From Chiloscyllium plagiosum (Eukaryota), in NCBI RefSeq assembly GCF_004010195.1, contig NC_057719.1, forward strand, positions 45,750,658 to 45,785,732: a DNA stretch of 35,075 bases, written 5' to 3'. The position numbers and the translations under genes were made by a program. Numbering within the stretch: position 1 is the first letter of the stretch; every line of letters begins with the position of its first letter. Shown one piece after another: positions 34,707 to 35,075 of this stretch. Below the pieces are notes generated by a model. It was not told the origin of the DNA. It saw nothing but the letters and a program-made list of their open reading frames with translations, and searched no databases.

Positions 34707-35075
34707 AGGATTAGAGCTGAAAAATGTGTTGCTGGAAAAGTGCAGCAGGTCAGGCAGCATCCAAGGAGCAGGAGAATCGACGTTTCGGGCATACGCCCTT
34801 CTTCAGGAATGAGGAGGGTGTGCCAAGCAGGCTAAGATAAAAGGTAGAGAGGAGGGACTTGGGGAAGGGGCATTGGGAATGCGAAGGAAGGAGGTTAAGG
34901 TGAGGGTGATAGTTCGGAGAGGGGTGGGGGCAGAGAGGTTGGGAAGAAGATTGCAGGTCAAGAAGGCGGTGCTGAGTCCGCGGGTTGGGATTGAGATAAG
35001 GTGGGGGAAGGGGAAATGAGGAAGCTGGAGAAATCTACATTCATCCCGTGTGGTTGGAGGGTTCCCAGGCGGAAG
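34707..35075 (-). mobile_element. Penelope-like element 3' end (GIY-YIG C-terminus plus terminal repeat), runs off the window
   Basis: The minus strand from the window end encodes FRLGTLQPHGMNVDFSSF (PLE GIY-YIG C-terminal L.TL.P.GxN motif), followed by a pyrimidine-rich UTR and a hammerhead-like core. Confidence 0.85.
34772..34812 (-). ncRNA. putative minimal type I hammerhead ribozyme
   Basis: Minus strand CTGAAGA-A-GGGC-GTAT-GCCC-GAAA-C-GTC: CUGANGA and GAAA cores, an intact 4-bp stem II and a GUC triplet. Stem I is weak. Confidence 0.6.

Noticed and set aside
1..35075. Prokaryotic-type systems (CRISPR, operons, defence islands)
   Set aside because: The window is a spliced vertebrate gene with TE-filled introns. 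It has no repeat-spacer arrays and no long intact ORFs.

Overview
This is eukaryotic, AT-rich, repeat-dense vertebrate DNA. The repeat families (HE1-like SINE, HER1/CR1-like LINEs, a Deu-domain SINE, Penelope-like termini) point to an elasmobranch (shark); that assignment is inferred from recalled consensus sequences. The window holds nine internal coding exons of TXNDC16 (ERp90, an ER thioredoxin-fold protein) on the minus strand: 33253-33171, 31816-31743, 26373-26299, 23972-23851, 22360-22270, 18055-17899, 16727-16561, 16062-16002 and 773-644. All have GT-AG ends and compatible phases, and they join into 960 nt of open frame. The start and stop exons lie outside the window. The introns contain decayed transposons: many CR1/L2 fragments, an internally deleted Gypsy-type LTR element with two nested insertions, and a decayed PIF/Harbinger element split by a pogo-type transposon. 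They also hold probable solo LTRs, SINEs and Penelope-like termini with hammerhead-like cores. Almost all ORFs in the supplied track are TE remnants or spurious. I found no convincing new protein-coding system. The best leads are structural: Penelope-derived fold-back mini-elements, a long intronic inverted repeat, inverted CR1 copies flanking a frame-preserving 747-nt exon block, and two candidate poison exons.
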